Virus record (IMG/VR): IMGVR_UViG_3300037851_000941 | Location: 13,801-77,800 of that record | Strand: one strand, 5' to 3' | Length of the DNA stretch: 64,000 nt | Origin: a virus | Taxonomy: Duplodnaviria; Caudoviricetes | In this document: in pieces, positions 20,901-29,093 of the stretch | Layout: each line of letters starts with the position of its first letter | Position numbering within the stretch: position 1 is the stretch's first letter | Made by a program: the position numbers and the translations under genes | The notes under the pieces: model-generated | Told to the model about the DNA's origin: nothing | Databases searched by the model: none | Seen by the model: only the letters and a program-made list of their open reading frames with translations

Positions 20901-23638
20901 GCCTGGTCCGGCTCCTCCCAGTAGCGATACTCGGCGGGGGTCGCGGCCATCAAGGACTCGGGCATCCCGGAGCGCCCCGGCGGCGGCATCACGCGCCGCT
21001 CCACCGAGCGACGGTCCAGCACCGACGGCAGGGCGTTCCGCGCGAAGCCGACGGTCCAGAAGACCTCGCCGGCGGGCACGCCCGGTGCCACGGGGCCGCC
21101 CTCCTCCTCATCGAGGGCGCGGTCGCCGACGAGCGCCCGGAAGACCAGGCGACCGGAGAACCGCTCGTCGCCGGTCAGGAAGTACTCGTGCGAGTAGGGC
21201 TTCTGGAGGCCCCACTCCACCGTCGGGTGCGCCACGGCCACCATCACGCCGCGCTCGTACCGCGTGGCTCCGATCTCGCCCTCGCCGAACACCTCGCCCT
21301 CCACGTCGAGCCAGCCCTTGGGCTGCCGGGACTTGGGCGCCGCCATGATGCGCTCGGGCAGCCGGAAGGGCTTGGTGTACCGGGAGCCCTCGGCGCCGAA
21401 GTCGGCGGCCACGTCGCGCGCCGCCTCCAGCGTGTCCACGTCGGGCACGACATCGGGCCTCTGGAGCATGAGCGTCCAGCCGACGAGGTAGTCGCCCACG
21501 TCGACCCGGAGGTCCCCATGCACGCTCCGTCCCCGGAAGTGCAGCTGGAGCACCCCGGGCCGGGGGCCGGGCTCCCTGGGCCAGTCGAGCATCGGGTCGT
21601 CGGCCTTGGTGGCGAGCGCCATCTGCTTGAGCGACCGGTCCTCGTGAGGCACGAGCACCAGGTCGTAGAGCTTCACGAAGCTCGTGAACGGGCCGCCCAT
21701 CGGGTCGTGGTGGTAGCTCACGCGGCGCGACAGGTCCGGCGGCAGCGCCCGGCCAAGGCGGAACTTCACGACGTGTAGCGTGTCCTCGTCGAGCGGCCCG
21801 CGCACCAGAACGTCGATGTCGTTCTTGCTCACGCCGTCGTTGCAGAGCGAGCCCACGAGGCACACCGCCGCGTCTCGCAGCCGCATGGGCTTGTCGTAGC
21901 AGGCCAGCACGTCGGGCAGGCTCACCGGCTCCAGGGCGCCGTTGCTGCCGGCATGAATGGGCGCGAACTCGCCGGTGGCCGCCTGCTTCCAGGTGGCGGT
22001 CTCCTGCGCCAGCTGGTCGTCCTCGGGCATGGAGATCTCACGCCGGGCCATCTCGCGCAGAAGGAAGGCGTGCGCGTTGATCACCTGCTCCCGGCTCGCC
22101 CCGTCCGCCTCGGCGATGCCTGTCGGGAAGGCGTCGGCGAACCAGGCGTGCATGGCGCGGTCGAGCACTCGCAGGTCCTCGTCGCTGAGCGCGGCCAGGG
22201 CCTCGTCGCTGGGGCCGGCCACGAGGGCGTCGAGCTGCGCCTCCACGCCGTCCCGGAAGACCTTGGCAAAGGGCAGCCCGAGCTGACGCGCCCGGGCGAC
22301 AGCAGTGCTCAGCTCGATGTCGGGGCCGAAGCGCCGGCCGGGCAGCGGCGCCAGCAGACGGAGCGGAGGGTCGAACTCCACCAGGAGCCGAAGGGGCATA
22401 TGGAAGAACCCGCGCACGGCGGCGAACTCCTCGAGGCTTGGCTTGTCGATGCCCGCGAGCACGGCCTCGGGCAGCGCCTCGATCCCCACGTAGGGCTCGG
22501 GCTCGCCCTGCTCGACAACCGCCCAGACGAAGGTGCCTCCGCCGTCGGGCACCTCGTTGACCAGCGCCTGCGGCTTACCCACTCTCCCCACCCGACGCAC
22601 GCGGGAGAGGAACCCGGTGGGCTGGCCGGAGCGCAGGCGGTCCAGGTTGAACGCCGGGGCGGGCAGCTTGAGGACGGGCAGGGTGCCCCGTGGGGGCTCG
22701 GCCCGCCAAACGGCCACGGCACCCTCGCGCCTGGCCCTCTCGCAGGCGGCGTCGAGCGTCATCGGGGCGCCGGCGTCCGGCGTCTGCTCAACCTCTTCGG
22801 TCTGCGCCGCGCGGCACCAGGGCCACGCCTGCTCCGGCGTCAGGCTGCGCACGGCGCCCCAGGGCAGCGCGAGCCCGTGCTGGTGCGCCCCGCTGCCCGG
22901 CAGCATCGAGCCCCCGAGCAGCGCGTGACGGTGCGGCTCGCCCTCGTCGGTGTAGTGGTCCTCGCCGTCCACGATGACGTGGTGCGAGTGCATGCCGTTC
23001 TCCTCCGTCGTGGCGGCGTCGTGCGTCGGGATCGCGTGGGCGTGGGCGCCGTCCAGAGACGTGACCACAATGCGCGGGGCCGCCTCGCCCTCCCTCGCCG
23101 GCAGAACGAAGAAGTGCCGATGGGCGCCGTCCTCGCGCGTCGAGAGCTGCTCGCGCACCAGCTCGTGGCCGTGCGCCCCGCCGGCGAGCATCCGCGCCAG
23201 CCCGGCCCCGCGCCCGAGCAACGGTGGCAGCGAGGGCCAGTGGCCCTCCTCGCCTTCCAGGAGCGCGTTGATGATGCGCGCCGCCTTGCCCGCATCCTCG
23301 GCCCACGGCGCCAGGGCGGGGTCGACAACGGCGCGCTCCCCCAGCATCTTGGCAACGCCCTCGGCCGCCGCGCCTATGTCATCAATCTGCGCGCTGTCCG
23401 ACGATTCGCCAGAGAGCTTTTCCACAGCCGAGAACAGGACGGGGAGCCCCGCCAAAGCCTCTTCCGCTTCCGGGGGCACCCGGCCCTTGAACGAGCCCAG
23501 GGCGCCCGGCAGGCGGGCGGCCAGCGCGCGGCAAACGGCCGCCACGTCGACGGGGGCGGGGGCGGGGGTCGGGCTCTGGGCTGGGGTCAGAAGCTGGCGT
23601 GCGGCCTTGATGGCGCGTTCGGCCCGTTCGATGTCCAT
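17954..23638 (-). CDS. 1894-aa multidomain protein: His-rich region, nucleotidyltransferase-like, LigD phosphoesterase-like, Dam-type adenine methyltransferase, ATP-dependent DNA ligase, C-terminal XkdF-type prohead protease
   Basis: LVGSL..NDIDVLV; QLHFRGRSVHGDLR; YVEPFAGSGAV and FYLDPPY; EPKLNGFR, LDGEV, VFDAL, EGAMLK, WAKVK; VFGVVLVPDEVDAQGD...GTW...VKNGSLDGYSIGG. Confidence 0.85.
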   Translation of the reverse strand: MDIERAERAIKAARQLLTPAQSPTPAPAPVDVAAVCRALAARLPGALGSFKGRVPPEAEEALAGLPVLFSAVEKLSGESSDSAQIDDIGAAAEGVAKMLGERAVVDPALAPWAEDAGKAARIINALLEGEEGHWPSLPPLLGRGAGLARMLAGGAHGHELVREQLSTREDGAHRHFFVLPAREGEAAPRIVVTSLDGAHAHAIPTHDAATTEENGMHSHHVIVDGEDHYTDEGEPHRHALLGGSMLPGSGAHQHGLALPWGAVRSLTPEQAWPWCRAAQTEEVEQTPDAGAPMTLDAACERARREGAVAVWRAEPPRGTLPVLKLPAPAFNLDRLRSGQPTGFLSRVRRVGRVGKPQALVNEVPDGGGTFVWAVVEQGEPEPYVGIEALPEAVLAGIDKPSLEEFAAVRGFFHMPLRLLVEFDPPLRLLAPLPGRRFGPDIELSTAVARARQLGLPFAKVFRDGVEAQLDALVAGPSDEALAALSDEDLRVLDRAMHAWFADAFPTGIAEADGASREQVINAHAFLLREMARREISMPEDDQLAQETATWKQAATGEFAPIHAGSNGALEPVSLPDVLACYDKPMRLRDAAVCLVGSLCNDGVSKNDIDVLVRGPLDEDTLHVVKFRLGRALPPDLSRRVSYHHDPMGGPFTSFVKLYDLVLVPHEDRSLKQMALATKADDPMLDWPREPGPRPGVLQLHFRGRSVHGDLRVDVGDYLVGWTLMLQRPDVVPDVDTLEAARDVAADFGAEGSRYTKPFRLPERIMAAPKSRQPKGWLDVEGEVFGEGEIGATRYERGVMVAVAHPTVEWGLQKPYSHEYFLTGDERFSGRLVFRALVGDRALDEEEGGPVAPGVPAGEVFWTVGFARNALPSVLDRRSVERRVMPPPGRSGMPESLMAATPAEYRYWEEPDQARARAVRDALVAARLFTADTVAVEAGQFVLKGSEPRTKATLVDKTIWGSPAGKKKLAERLVALLPAHKTYVEPFAGSGAVLFAKDPAETEVINDADPEIVEAYRLIKRLKPEQVARLRKMTWTGDEATFKRLFDARPKDDVEKLHRFLYVTHFSYRKLRGRSFSPSGEGIEAATVDRIEKFGPRLKNVRIHCGDYERVVRKYDGKDTAFYLDPPYPGYNVDVGESDFDEARFLALLKSIKGKFLVTYGTRGELPARFEKEGFRVKRIRPSRTIGSMRGVGGPKVLTTLLVSNYDLVEKSLTEALGDDWTLNDAALVEAEKVALPVRVPYTLSWQRFKGQTVVRGVGREVFHVIIGRPEGGLWNYQLQTDPLASDAQVLAVRHAAVNDELLALSGDVPPGTVVGTIALNPTRATPSRLTIQERGDAELLEHEPGSRLLVRFGGPKLQGTYEFRAEEPGGAIWTMGPQAPAEADAATKRLRMDGEVQVWDPAERTEGDDRGGDRELLRPPARFTPTKPAPRRTAAFSDAESAAREAFTDELVAAGVQVEPKLNGFRVVLQRWGEHGAMAFTEDSPEENILARWPSLEREVLALPGDLILDGEVMEWDADAGAYKPRRELADLRGMEPDDRGLRFVVFDALYLPDQKNLTTAPLSVRRAALNGWIERHKAQLQHICLDEFRVVADRPSLRDAIDWAARQPGSEGAMLKAIGSTLSLGGENDLWAKVKLVRELRALVVERHEVAGSPGVYNFVGAIGPVRPEDGAWEGTVERDGKSWVVIGTTGNRRLAADVGDVIRVYSLEFLHRSLEPRSVSWFGPAQAIDVVDGPPSTIPEVLGLLRAGESMPGSLAKAERPVRLLKAEQPTPETEERYVFGVVLVPDEVDAQGDIYDAATVRKAAHAFLEHFGGHMRIMHAGKPLDGIKVLESYVSKVTESHGGEDFPVGTWFLATRAGPDEVWEQVKNGSLDGYSIGGTAVKEALRAARSK

Positions 23639-23641
23639 GCG

Positions 23642-23980
23642 TCACTCTCCCTTGTCGTCCACGGTCCACGCCCGGTCGGCGGGGGCAGGCGTCCAATCTA
23701 CCCCATCCAGGGTCGCCCGTAGAGCCTTGGGCAGAACGTCCAGGGCGTGCGTGGTGGAGTAGCCGCACTCGCGCAGGAGCGTCATGAAGCGGTCGTAGAG
23801 GATGCCCGTCCTGCGGGCCACCTCGTGTTGCGTGCGCCCCATCGGGCGCGCCAGCCGGGCGTCCTCCAGGAAGCTGTCCCGCACGATGTCCGTGAACCGC
23901 ACGGCGACCCGGGTCGCCTGGATGGGGTCCCCGAGGGCGCTGACGAGGACCTCGTGCCTGCTTCTGGTAACGTGTGCCAT
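23642..23980 (-). CDS. Hypothetical protein
   Basis: 112 aa ORF filling the gap between MuF and the giant gene. Confidence 0.6.
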   Translation of the reverse strand: MAHVTRSRHEVLVSALGDPIQATRVAVRFTDIVRDSFLEDARLARPMGRTQHEVARRTGILYDRFMTLLRECGYSTTHALDVLPKALRATLDGVDWTPAPADRAWTVDDKGE

Positions 23981-24010
23981 GGGGCGGCAGCATACCGCCC
24001 GGGGGCGTCA

Positions 24011-25279
24011 TCACAAGACGGGCAGCAGGGTGCAGCGGCACCCCTCGTGCGCCGGGGGCATCGTCACGCCCTCGGTGCCCCGGATGGGCGTCAGGGCGCG
24101 AAAGCCGGTGGGGGCGCCGTCGTCGTCGCGGCGGAACCGGGCAACCTCGGTGCCGGAGCTGCGGACCACGATGCGGTCGCCGCGCACCGAGTAGAAGCTG
24201 TCCATGGCCGCCGCCGCGTCCGGGCTCGGCGCCGCCTCGACCCGGGCCATGCGCGCGATGGCGTCCGAGGTGCTGAAGATCTGGCCGTCCAGGAAGGCGC
24301 AGACGGGGCACGTCACCTCGTCCATGACCGCCGACCACTGGTACTCCAGCACCGCGCCGTCCCGGAAGCCCGTGAGCTGTCCATAGCTGCGCCCCCGGGT
24401 CATGGCGACGTTGGCCACGGTGCGGAAGTACGCCTCCGAGCGCCCGGAGACCCGACGGCCCAAGGCCGCCTGCAGGTCGGTGGCGATGGTGCGCGCGTCG
24501 AGGCCCTGCGCCAGGCCGTCGCGGATGATGGGGGCGGCGTCGCGAGCCCACGCCCTCGCGCGTCGGCCGTACTCGTTCATCACCCAGAAGGTCTGATCGC
24601 GCCCGATGCGCGCCACGGCCGCCCGATCTGCCACGTCGAGGAGCGGCTTCACGGACTCCTTGCGCGCCGCGCGCCGGCTGTCGGCGGCAACCCGGAGCGC
24701 GCGGGACACCAGCGGCCCCTCCACCACCCGGGCCAGCGCGGGACTGCGGGCGATGCCCAGGACGACCTGGGCCACCTCCTCGATCTGCCGGGCCGTGGCG
24801 CGCGGCCCCAGGTCGTTCCAGCGCCGCTTGAGCTTGGCCGCCGCACGGGTCATCGCCTCACGCTCGGCCCTACGGGCACCGCGCAGGAGCTGCCGATGCA
24901 CCTCGTCCACGATCCGGGCGAAGTCGCGGCGGTTCAGCGGGGACAGGCGCCGGGCCTTGTCGAGGTCGACGACATGCCGCGCCCGCACGTAGAGCCGGGA
25001 GCCCGACCGGAGCTGCACGTGGCCCCTGAAGACCAGGGCGGTGCCGTCGCCCTCGGCCGCCAGGCGCAGCGCGCGGGCACCAGCCTCGCCGGGGCCGAGC
25101 GGGGCGGCCTCCAGGCGCCCGAGGTGCGGGGAGACGGCGGTCCAGCCCGTGCAGCAGACGAGCACCGGCGGGTCGTCCGACAGCTCCCGGGGCTCGGCCA
25201 CCAGGCGCCACGGGGGGCCAAGGACGGCGACGTGCTCGGGCCTCGGCCCCAGGGCTAGGAGACTCGGCCCGGTATCCAT
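24011..25279 (-). CDS. MuF / SPP1 gp7-like head morphogenesis protein (start uncertain)
   Basis: YQWSAVMDEVTCPVCAFLDGQIF and PPAHEGCRCTLLP. Confidence 0.85.
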   Translation of the reverse strand: MDTGPSLLALGPRPEHVAVLGPPWRLVAEPRELSDDPPVLVCCTGWTAVSPHLGRLEAAPLGPGEAGARALRLAAEGDGTALVFRGHVQLRSGSRLYVRARHVVDLDKARRLSPLNRRDFARIVDEVHRQLLRGARRAEREAMTRAAAKLKRRWNDLGPRATARQIEEVAQVVLGIARSPALARVVEGPLVSRALRVAADSRRAARKESVKPLLDVADRAAVARIGRDQTFWVMNEYGRRARAWARDAAPIIRDGLAQGLDARTIATDLQAALGRRVSGRSEAYFRTVANVAMTRGRSYGQLTGFRDGAVLEYQWSAVMDEVTCPVCAFLDGQIFSTSDAIARMARVEAAPSPDAAAAMDSFYSVRGDRIVVRSSGTEVARFRRDDDGAPTGFRALTPIRGTEGVTMPPAHEGCRCTLLPVL

Positions 25280-25653
25280 TCGCCGCTGACGGCCACGATG
25301 TCCACGGTGGTCGCGGCGCCCAGCGTGATCGCCGTGATGCGCACCGCCATCTCGTGCCCGTGGTTGGCCACCGTGGTCACCGCCTCGTCGGTCAGCCCCG
25401 CGACGGGCGTCAGCTCGCGCCAGACGCGCCCAGCAACCGGGTCGTTGATGGCGATCAGCGGCGTGATGTCCACGTCGGTCCCGTCCACGATGGCGCCCAG
25501 GCCGTTGCGGAAGACGGGCGTCACGCGCACCGCCTCCCACTCGCGGGCGTCGAGCATATCCGCCGCCGCGCTCGGGAGCCAGTTGGCGGCGTCGGCCACG
25601 GCTCGCAGGGATCGGATCGTGACTGTCGCGTCGGTGTTGTAGAGTCGTTGCAT
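25255..25653 (-). CDS. Hypothetical protein (probable virion component)
   Basis: 132 aa, coupled to the portal stop codon. Confidence 0.6.
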   Translation of the reverse strand: MQRLYNTDATVTIRSLRAVADAANWLPSAAADMLDAREWEAVRVTPVFRNGLGAIVDGTDVDITPLIAINDPVAGRVWRELTPVAGLTDEAVTTVANHGHEMAVRITAITLGAATTVDIVAVSGEWIPGRVS

Positions 25654-27482
25654 CAGAGCCCAGCCCCTTCCTCGTTGGCGGCGCCGTCGCGAGCATGGCG
25701 GCGCGCGGCGTCCACGGCCCGCTCCATCTCACGCTCCCACCGCTCGCCGCCGGCATCCTCGACGGCCGCCTGGGCCTCGAGCATCAGGTCGCGCAGTCGG
25801 TCCTCACGCGCCGACACCACCTCGTCGGCCTCGGGCATGATGCCCGCCATGGTGATCGGCAGGGGCTGCCTGGCAAACGGGCGGTCGAACGGCGGCAGCT
25901 CCCGGCCCACCACCTCGGCCACGATGGAGCGGGCCTCGTTCGGCGTGAGCACGGCGGCCTTCGTGAGCCGCTCGGCGGCCTCCACGATGGAGTCGAGGTC
26001 GCGCGTGCGCGGCCCCAGGCTCCTGAACTCCAGGAGCGAGATGCCCAGCTCGGGCAGCACCACCCGGTTCATGAAGGCGTCGAAGTCGTTGCGCTCGGGC
26101 TCGAACACCTGCTCGTCAGCGAACTTCAGGGCGCTCTCGCTCGTGGCGCGGTTGAAGTCCCGGGAGTCGCCGCGCAGGAGCCGGGGCAGGCGGAAGGCGC
26201 TGCCCACCTTGTCGATGTTCCGCTCGTCGTAGTTCTGGAAGAGGGCGTCGCCTTGCTGCGCGTCCACCAGGCGCTCGAACTTGAGCCGGGGCACCACGGC
26301 CTGCTCGCCGGGCATCAGCTCGTTGTCGGCGCCGATGGCCTCGATGACCAGGACCTTGTGGAAGTTCTCCCGGCCCCGGGCACGGTCGCGGAAGTGGTCC
26401 TCGATCCGCTTCACGGCGTCCGGCGACAGCTCGCCGCCCTGTACCAGGAGCGCCATGGGCGGCACGGCCTTGTTGTCGAAGTAGTCGAAGTTCACCTCGT
26501 CGGCGGCGCGGCTACCGAGCACGGACAGGAGCACGCCCATCCAGCGCGGCACGCCGTAGGCGCTGCCCGAGTCCTCGATCTTGAAGTGGATGACCTCGTT
26601 GGCGGGCCTGTCGCCTTGTTGCGCCCGACGCTCGAAGTCCGCCAGGTCGGTGTAGATGGCCCCGGTCTGCTGGGAGACGATGCGCGGGTCGCCAAACTGC
26701 TTGAACCACGTAACGCGCCGCCCCACCACCTGCACGTAGCGGCGGAAGAACCGATGCTGCTTCACCGGGCTCCACTCCAGCAGGTCAAAGGGCATGCGCT
26801 CGTCGACGAGCACCGGCTCCTCGTCCAGCTTGGTGCAGCGCACGTCCTCGTGCGGGACATGGACGAGGCGGGCCAGTTCCCCGCGCTTCGTCCGCAGCAC
26901 CTCCCAGTAGGCGTTGCCGCTCTCCTCGAGGTCGCGGCGCGTCTTCACCCGCAGCGCGACGAACGTCCCGTCCGGGTTCGCCGAGCGAAGGAACGCCTCC
27001 AGGCGCACCCGCTCCATGCGCGCCTGCTTGGTCAGGCGCTTGACCGCCGCGTCGACCTCCAGGTCGCTGGGCTCGCACGCCTCCGGGTCATGCACGGCCC
27101 CGCCGCGCCGCTCCTCGGTCCGCATGGCAGAGCGCCAAAGAGACTCCTTGACCACCCACCACGCCTCGTCGGAGTCGAAGTCCACGGCGCTCTTGATGCG
27201 GTGCCCCTGCCCGTCGATGTTGGTGGCGTATGCCTGGATGTTCTGGTTCAGGCACGAGCTGTTCTGCCTGATGCGCTTGAGGGTCCCGGGGTCGAACTCG
27301 GGCTGCACGACGGTCGAGCCCAGCAGCGAGCCGAGGTCGTCGGTGCCGTCCTGGGTGGCCGACGAGGCGGGGATGGCGAGCGGGGCCAGCTCGCGCACCT
27401 TCACCACCAGGCGCCGGGTGGCGCTGGCGAGTGGCTCGGGGGAGCGGGCGTCCTGGCTGCTGGGGCGGGTCACGTGGGGCAT
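25653..27482 (-). CDS. Portal protein (PBSX family); start may be GTG 27473
   Basis: GNAYWEVLR, NEVIHFK, YGVPRW, YFDNKAVPPMALLVQGG, AFRLPRLL. Confidence 0.92.
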   Translation of the reverse strand: MPHVTRPSSQDARSPEPLASATRRLVVKVRELAPLAIPASSATQDGTDDLGSLLGSTVVQPEFDPGTLKRIRQNSSCLNQNIQAYATNIDGQGHRIKSAVDFDSDEAWWVVKESLWRSAMRTEERRGGAVHDPEACEPSDLEVDAAVKRLTKQARMERVRLEAFLRSANPDGTFVALRVKTRRDLEESGNAYWEVLRTKRGELARLVHVPHEDVRCTKLDEEPVLVDERMPFDLLEWSPVKQHRFFRRYVQVVGRRVTWFKQFGDPRIVSQQTGAIYTDLADFERRAQQGDRPANEVIHFKIEDSGSAYGVPRWMGVLLSVLGSRAADEVNFDYFDNKAVPPMALLVQGGELSPDAVKRIEDHFRDRARGRENFHKVLVIEAIGADNELMPGEQAVVPRLKFERLVDAQQGDALFQNYDERNIDKVGSAFRLPRLLRGDSRDFNRATSESALKFADEQVFEPERNDFDAFMNRVVLPELGISLLEFRSLGPRTRDLDSIVEAAERLTKAAVLTPNEARSIVAEVVGRELPPFDRPFARQPLPITMAGIMPEADEVVSAREDRLRDLMLEAQAAVEDAGGERWEREMERAVDAARRHARDGAANEEGAGL

Positions 27483-27494
27483 CCTAGCACGCGC

Positions 27495-27728
27495 TCACAC
27501 CTCCCAGGGAGAGCCACGGCGACGCGGGCGACGCCGCCGCACCGGGCGCCCGTGGCGGCGCAGGTTGGTCTTGCCTATCGGGCAGCTCGCGCACGACGAC
27601 AGAGCCGGGTCGGCCTCGGCTCGCTTGGAGGCGTGGTGTCTGGCGGCGCACGCCTGCTCGCTCAGTACCGCCGCGAACACCTTGCATCTCACGTATCCAG
27701 CCGAGGCGGGGTTGATCACCTCGGCCAC
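27495..27728 (-). CDS. Small Cys-containing hypothetical protein
   Basis: 77 aa; C..C..CxxC pattern. Confidence 0.5.
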   Translation of the reverse strand: MAEVINPASAGYVRCKVFAAVLSEQACAARHHASKRAEADPALSSCASCPIGKTNLRRHGRPVRRRRPRRRGSPWEV

Positions 27729-27737
27729 GACGGCGAC

Positions 27738-27992
27738 CTATCCTCGCGGCACGGCCACGCAGCGGAACGCGCCGTCCACGCCCATGGACAGGCTGCGCAC
27801 CCGGAGGCCGTCGCGCTCGACCAGTCTGGCCACCTCGAGCCGCGCCGCGTCCAGGTCGGCAGCGAGCACGTGGCAGTCCCGATGCGGCTCGAGCCACTGC
27901 TTCGGTCGCCCGGGCGCCCCGGCACCGCGCCCGCTCGTCCCGGCCGCCGACCGAGAGCTGGTCACGGACACGATCACCCGGAACCTCCTCAC
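27738..27992 (-). CDS. Hypothetical protein
   Basis: 84 aa, abuts the upstream stop. Confidence 0.5.
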   Translation of the reverse strand: MRRFRVIVSVTSSRSAAGTSGRGAGAPGRPKQWLEPHRDCHVLAADLDAARLEVARLVERDGLRVRSLSMGVDGAFRCVAVPRG

Positions 27993-28178
27993 CTACGCCA
28001 CCTCATCGACGGCGACGCTTGCACGCTCCTGGAGCTTCCGCAAGACCTCCCCGATCGTGCAGCCCCATGCCTCGACCCCGGGCATGCCACGGACCCAGCC
28101 ATGCAGGAGCCCGCCGCGCTCCCGGACGACGGCGTGTCCGGCCCATCCGTTGACCATCACCTCCACCACCGCGTGCAT
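27993..28178 (-). CDS. HicB-like small protein
   Basis: ATG with GGGAGG SD; GMPGVEAWGCTIGEVLRKLQE resembles the HicB N-terminal PGxxxxGxTxxE motif. Confidence 0.5.
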   Translation of the reverse strand: MHAVVEVMVNGWAGHAVVRERGGLLHGWVRGMPGVEAWGCTIGEVLRKLQERASVAVDEVA

Positions 28179-28202
28179 GGTTGGCCTCCCTTGTGATGCT
28201 AC

Positions 28203-28251
28203 TGTGAGCGGCCTCACATTACACGGTAGGGTCAAGACCCGGTGGAGTCAA
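28203..28251 (-). promoter_or_regulatory. Sigma70-like promoter with an overlapping TGTGA-N6-TCACA palindrome
   Basis: TTGACT (28246-28251)-N17-TACCGT (28223-28228) on the minus strand; tgtga-gcggcc-tcaca at 28203-28218. Confidence 0.55.
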
Positions 28252-29093
28252 CCGTGCCGGGAGCCTTGCTCGCCGTTCCGCGAGATGCGGACCGCGCCGT
28301 GGCCGCGCCAGCCCCATTCCTCTTCTTCGGCCTCTTGCCCTGTGGCTGTGCCCGGGCCGTGCCTGCCTGCCGCTCCTCAGTCGGCGGGGGTGCGACCTGG
28401 GCCAGCGCGACGGACAGCGCGGCAACCAGCGCGGCGCCTTTCTCATCGAAACCGGGCACGTCAGGGTTCTCTGCCAAGAACTCGAGGCCTCGATGCGCGA
28501 ACGCCCGCAGCGCGGGCTCCACTACCCGGTCCGCCGTGGCCGTGGCCACGGTCAGCTTGTAGGTCCGCACGGGCGTCACACGGCTATCAACGCGGGAGTT
28601 GGCAGGGTCCGCTGCCGCCTCCATCTCGCGCAGGTACTGCTCGGGCACCGAGATGGCATCGCGCAAGACCAACAGGTCGTCCTCCGTCAGGCCCATGGCA
28701 GGCAGGTCCTGGATCACGCCACCCGTCCAACTCCTCGATGGACGCTATCAGGGCAGCGAGCCCGTCCACGTCGAACTCGCCCTCAATCTCGTTCAGGCCC
28801 ACGTTGAGCTTCCTGACGTCGGCTGCGCCGAGGTCGTCGCGGAAGATCACCGGGACCTTCTGGTCCTTTGGGATCGCGCCGGCCTCGACCATCTCCTGCA
28901 CCGCGACCAGGCGCTGGTGTCCGCCAATCACGGTCATCGTTCCCCGCTCCACGACCATCGGGACCGTGAAGCCGAACCGCAGCAGAGAGGCCCGCAGCTC
29001 GTCCCGCTTGCGACGCGACATCCGACGCGGGTTGTAGTCGGCAGGCACCAGCTTGGACCAAGGAACCAGCTCGACCTTGTTGAACAGTCTCAC
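28232..29093 (-). pseudogene. ParB-N-domain protein split by a 1-nt frameshift near 28722-28724
   Basis: LVPADYNPRRMS...IGGHQRL ParB-N motifs; removing one G joins ...IEELDG to GVIQDLPAMGLTEDDL... (286 aa). Confidence 0.7.

Noticed and set aside
18692-21778. Very long plus-strand ORFs (1028 aa here; also 7737-10040, 25695-28196, 52850-54163 and others)
   Set aside because: Antisense shadows of real minus-strand genes in high-GC DNA; no motifs, Arg/Ala/Gly/Pro-rich
24011-25756. Long N-terminal extensions in the ORF track (also 48728-49915, 49997-51562, 40966-42039, 43133-44347)
   Set aside because: They overlap well-supported upstream genes; internal starts with SD or stop-start coupling fit better
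27738-27992. HicA toxin partner for the HicB-like ORF
   Set aside because: No dsRBD-like GSH motif or HicA pattern recognised
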